Source: an uncultured Methylomirabilota bacterium (GTDB lineage Bacteria; Methylomirabilota; Methylomirabilia; Methylomirabilales; 2-02-FULL-66-22). Taken from it: a DNA stretch of 64,000 nucleotides. The stretch spans positions 224,001 to 288,000 of the forward strand of contig CAWJSJ010000002.1 in the NCBI GenBank assembly GCA_963845565.1, read 5' to 3'. The translations under genes were made by a program, and so were the position numbers. How positions within the stretch are numbered: the first letter of the stretch is position 1; each line of letters opens with the position of its first letter. Below are positions 58,747-64,000 of this stretch, one piece after another. The notes under the pieces are model-generated. The model was not told the DNA's origin. It was given only the letters and a program-made list of their open reading frames with translations, and searched no databases.

Positions 58747-60273
58747 CTACTTCCCCTCCAGGGCGGCAAACAGGCTGGCCTCTCCCCGCTTGAGCAGAAG
58801 GAGAAGCGGCCCGCCGTTTTCCTGCTTCCGTGCTTCGGCCTGAACCGCGGCAACCGAGGTCGCCGGCCGACGATTGATTTCGAGGATGATGTCGCCCGTG
58901 CGGACGCCGGCCTTCTCCGCGGCACTCCCGGGCTGAACCCCGGCTACCAACACCCCGTCGCCCGGGGCAACGCCGGTCCGCTGAGCCATCCGGGCGTCCA
59001 GATCGCGCAGCGCCAACCCCCATTTCCCCTGGGCCGTCTCGGCTTGACTGTCCGGCTCGGCCTCGGCGCGCTCGCCGGGCATCCGGCCGACCTTGACGGA
59101 CAGGATCTGCTCTGATCCGTTGCGCACCACCTTCAGCGGTGCGCTCTTGTCGATGGGCGCCGCTGCCACCAGAGCCGGCAGGTTGCCCACCTCGGCGACC
59201 TCTTTTCCGTCGAAGCCCACGATAACGTCGCCGCGCTTGACGCCGGCCGCCTCGGCCGGGCTCCCCTTGGTGACGTCCGCCACCAGGGCGCCCTTGGTTT
59301 CCTTGAGATTTAGACTCTTGGCCAGCTCGGGCGTGATCGCCTGGACGCTCACCCCCAGATAGCCGCGGGTGACCGCCCCCTTGGTCTCGAGCTGGGGCAG
59401 GAGATTCTTGGCCAGATTGGACGCCACCGCAAAGCCTATCCCCTGGCCGTTCGGGATGATCGCCGTGTTGATCCCGACCACTTCGCCCTTCAGGTTGAAG
59501 AGTGGCCCGCCTGAGTTGCCCGGATTGATTGGGGCGTCCGTCTGGATGAAGTCGTCATAGGGACCCGCGCCGATGACCCGCTTCTTGGCGCTGACGATCC
59601 CGGCCGTGACCGTGTTGCTCAACCCGAACGGGTTCCCCACGGCCACAACCCAATCCCCGACCCGCAATCGGTCCGAGTCGCCCAGGGTCACCGCGACGAG
59701 TGTCCCTTTGGGCTCGATCTTCACCACCGCGAGGTCCGTCTTCGGATCCCGTCCGATAATCTTGGCCGGGTATTCCTGCTTGTCGGCCAGCGTCACGGTG
59801 AGTTCCTTGGCGCCCTCCACCACGTGGTTATTGGTCACGATCAGCCCATCTTTGCTGATGATGAACCCGCTGCCGGCCCCTTGCTGGCGGTGCTCCCGCG
59901 GCATCTGCGGCATCTGGCCGCCGAAGAACTTCTCCATGAAATCGCCGAACGGAGAGTCCTTGCCGAGTCCCTCTGGTCCCATGAAATTCGGACCGCCCAC
60001 CTTCTCGACCTTGGTCACCTTGATGTTCACGACGCTGGGACCCACATGCTCCACCAGGTCCGCGAAGCTGCCGGGCGCCCCCGCTGGCGGCGCAAACGCC
60101 GGGATCACCGTCTCGGCGCCCACCGTCATGGGGTGCACCTTCCCGCCGGCCAGACCGAATCCCAAGCCGCTCCCGACCAACAGCGCTGCTGCCGTTATGA
60201 CCAGCACGCCCTTTCGGGCTATTGCCCACTGTTTTCCCATCTGCCACATACGAACCATCCTTTCGTGTTCCAT
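58747..60273 (-). CDS. degQ: DegP/DegQ (HtrA) serine protease
   Basis: TNNHVV, TDLAV, GNSGG, two PDZ domains, N-terminal anchor. Confidence 0.95.
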   Translation of the reverse strand: MEHERMVRMWQMGKQWAIARKGVLVITAAALLVGSGLGFGLAGGKVHPMTVGAETVIPAFAPPAGAPGSFADLVEHVGPSVVNIKVTKVEKVGGPNFMGPEGLGKDSPFGDFMEKFFGGQMPQMPREHRQQGAGSGFIISKDGLIVTNNHVVEGAKELTVTLADKQEYPAKIIGRDPKTDLAVVKIEPKGTLVAVTLGDSDRLRVGDWVVAVGNPFGLSNTVTAGIVSAKKRVIGAGPYDDFIQTDAPINPGNSGGPLFNLKGEVVGINTAIIPNGQGIGFAVASNLAKNLLPQLETKGAVTRGYLGVSVQAITPELAKSLNLKETKGALVADVTKGSPAEAAGVKRGDVIVGFDGKEVAEVGNLPALVAAAPIDKSAPLKVVRNGSEQILSVKVGRMPGERAEAEPDSQAETAQGKWGLALRDLDARMAQRTGVAPGDGVLVAGVQPGSAAEKAGVRTGDIILEINRRPATSVAAVQAEARKQENGGPLLLLLKRGEASLFAALEGK

Positions 60274-60764
60274 GGGGACCGAACAGATCTCCCCTGCTCT
60301 TGTCTATAAAGATAGTCTGGATTCATGTGAGCCATATTAACCATGCATGAGAATCTCCTAATCTTGGCCCCCCTCCCTGTATTCTCGAACAGCATAGACC
60401 AGACACCCCGTTCCTCCGCTCCGTCGCAACGCCGCCCCCTCCGTGCGTTGACCTGGCGCTGAGGCACCTCCCCACCACCCGATGTCAAGGAGGGTAGCGC
60501 AGAAATGTGTGAGGGGAATTAAGACCGAATGAGTATTTCTTAATCTTTTCGAGGCGGGCGGGCATCGCCGCCTGAGAATAGGGCACTCGGTGCCCCTGAC
60601 GGATCGTCCGGTTGGAGGGAGAGCCTCTCTGCGGAGAGCGCCGAGGAATCGCTGTTGACGGAGGAACGTTTTTGCGGCAGCGTAGGGTCCGCGCCAGCCC
60701 CACGTGCGGACACGCCGTCACTCTGAAATGTCGAGGAGCCCACGTCCGAGGAGGCGAGCAGCCG

Positions 60765-63460
<2,696 letters not shown>

Positions 63461-63861
63461 CGGGCTGGACGACGACCGGCCTCGTGTCGTCTGGAGGACG
63501 ATTTGGCAGCGCGGACACACGGCGACACATCCGCCCGAGCGCCATCCCGACGGCGGCCGGCCCGAGATCCGTGCAACCGCGGAATGGCGGATACTGCGAT
63601 CCCCCATTAAACGGGACAATCTTCGCCTCGATCGCCGCAGACGGGGGCCCGGAATGACGCCGACGACTATCCGCCCCGCGGCGGAGTGTGGAATTCCGGA
63701 GACCGGAGGAGCGGCGAGGGTGTATGGTAGAACGCATGGCAGCACGGGACGAGGTGTGCCCGCGTCCGACTGGCGACGGGCGGGCGCGGCGCGCGCGAGG
63801 CGTGAGCGCGGGCATGGCGTGCGGGCGCAGAGCCGGAGACCAGACGTCTGTGAGGCGGAGC

Positions 63862-64000
63862 ATGGACCAGCCGAGTGATCAGATCAGAGCGCTCATCGAG
63901 CTCCACCGGGGCCTGGAGCGGCAGGGGCCGGGCGATGCGGTTTTTTCCAAGCATATCCTATCGATGATCCCGGGGCTGCCGAGGAGCCCGCGCATCGCCG
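63862..64000 (+). CDS. Class I SAM-dependent methyltransferase N-terminus (partial)
   Basis: [25 protein letters not shown]...PRIA; RQGPG motif typical of this family. Confidence 0.7.
   Translation, partial: MDQPSDQIRALIELHRGLERQGPGDAVFSKHILSMIPGLPRSPRIA

Noticed and set aside
60300..60600. A/T-rich degQ-glucosidase intergenic region with ATTAAGA...TCTTAAT
   Set aside because: Probably ordinary divergent promoters or regulator sites; no specific motif assignable.

Overview
High-GC bacterial chromosomal window, probably from an anaerobe or facultative anaerobe. Several small proteins and the cytochrome style suggest NC10/Methylomirabilota, but that is inference only. Contents in order: the tail of a carotenoid-modification operon coupled to a four-haem membrane cytochrome c; an MFS transporter and a CrtI/CrtN desaturase; a divergon of TctCBA-ADH-aldehyde:ferredoxin oxidoreductase versus GntR-ferredoxin-MoaD-second AOR; a selenocysteine-containing SelD with YedF-like partner; a peptide ABC importer with dipeptidase; a ~1.2 kb patch of clipped toxin-antitoxin and deaminase fragments; bacterioferritin; an acyl-CoA dehydrogenase/ETF-QO/divergent ETF operon; ABC-F, glucan phosphorylase, Met gamma-lyase-like enzyme, DegQ and a GH63-like glucosidase. 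Many genes carry clustered frameshifts that look like assembly indels. The most striking unannotated signal is non-coding. Five diverged copies of a ~125-165 bp palindromic element sit at or just after stop codons, all in the same orientation relative to the upstream gene. They show compensatory base changes, and their mismatch pattern (tandem G.A, G.U) points to folding on the antisense strand. A second modular mini-repeat family (4 copies) and two periodic-repeat hairpins are also present. No rRNA, intact tRNA, CRISPR array or transposase was seen.
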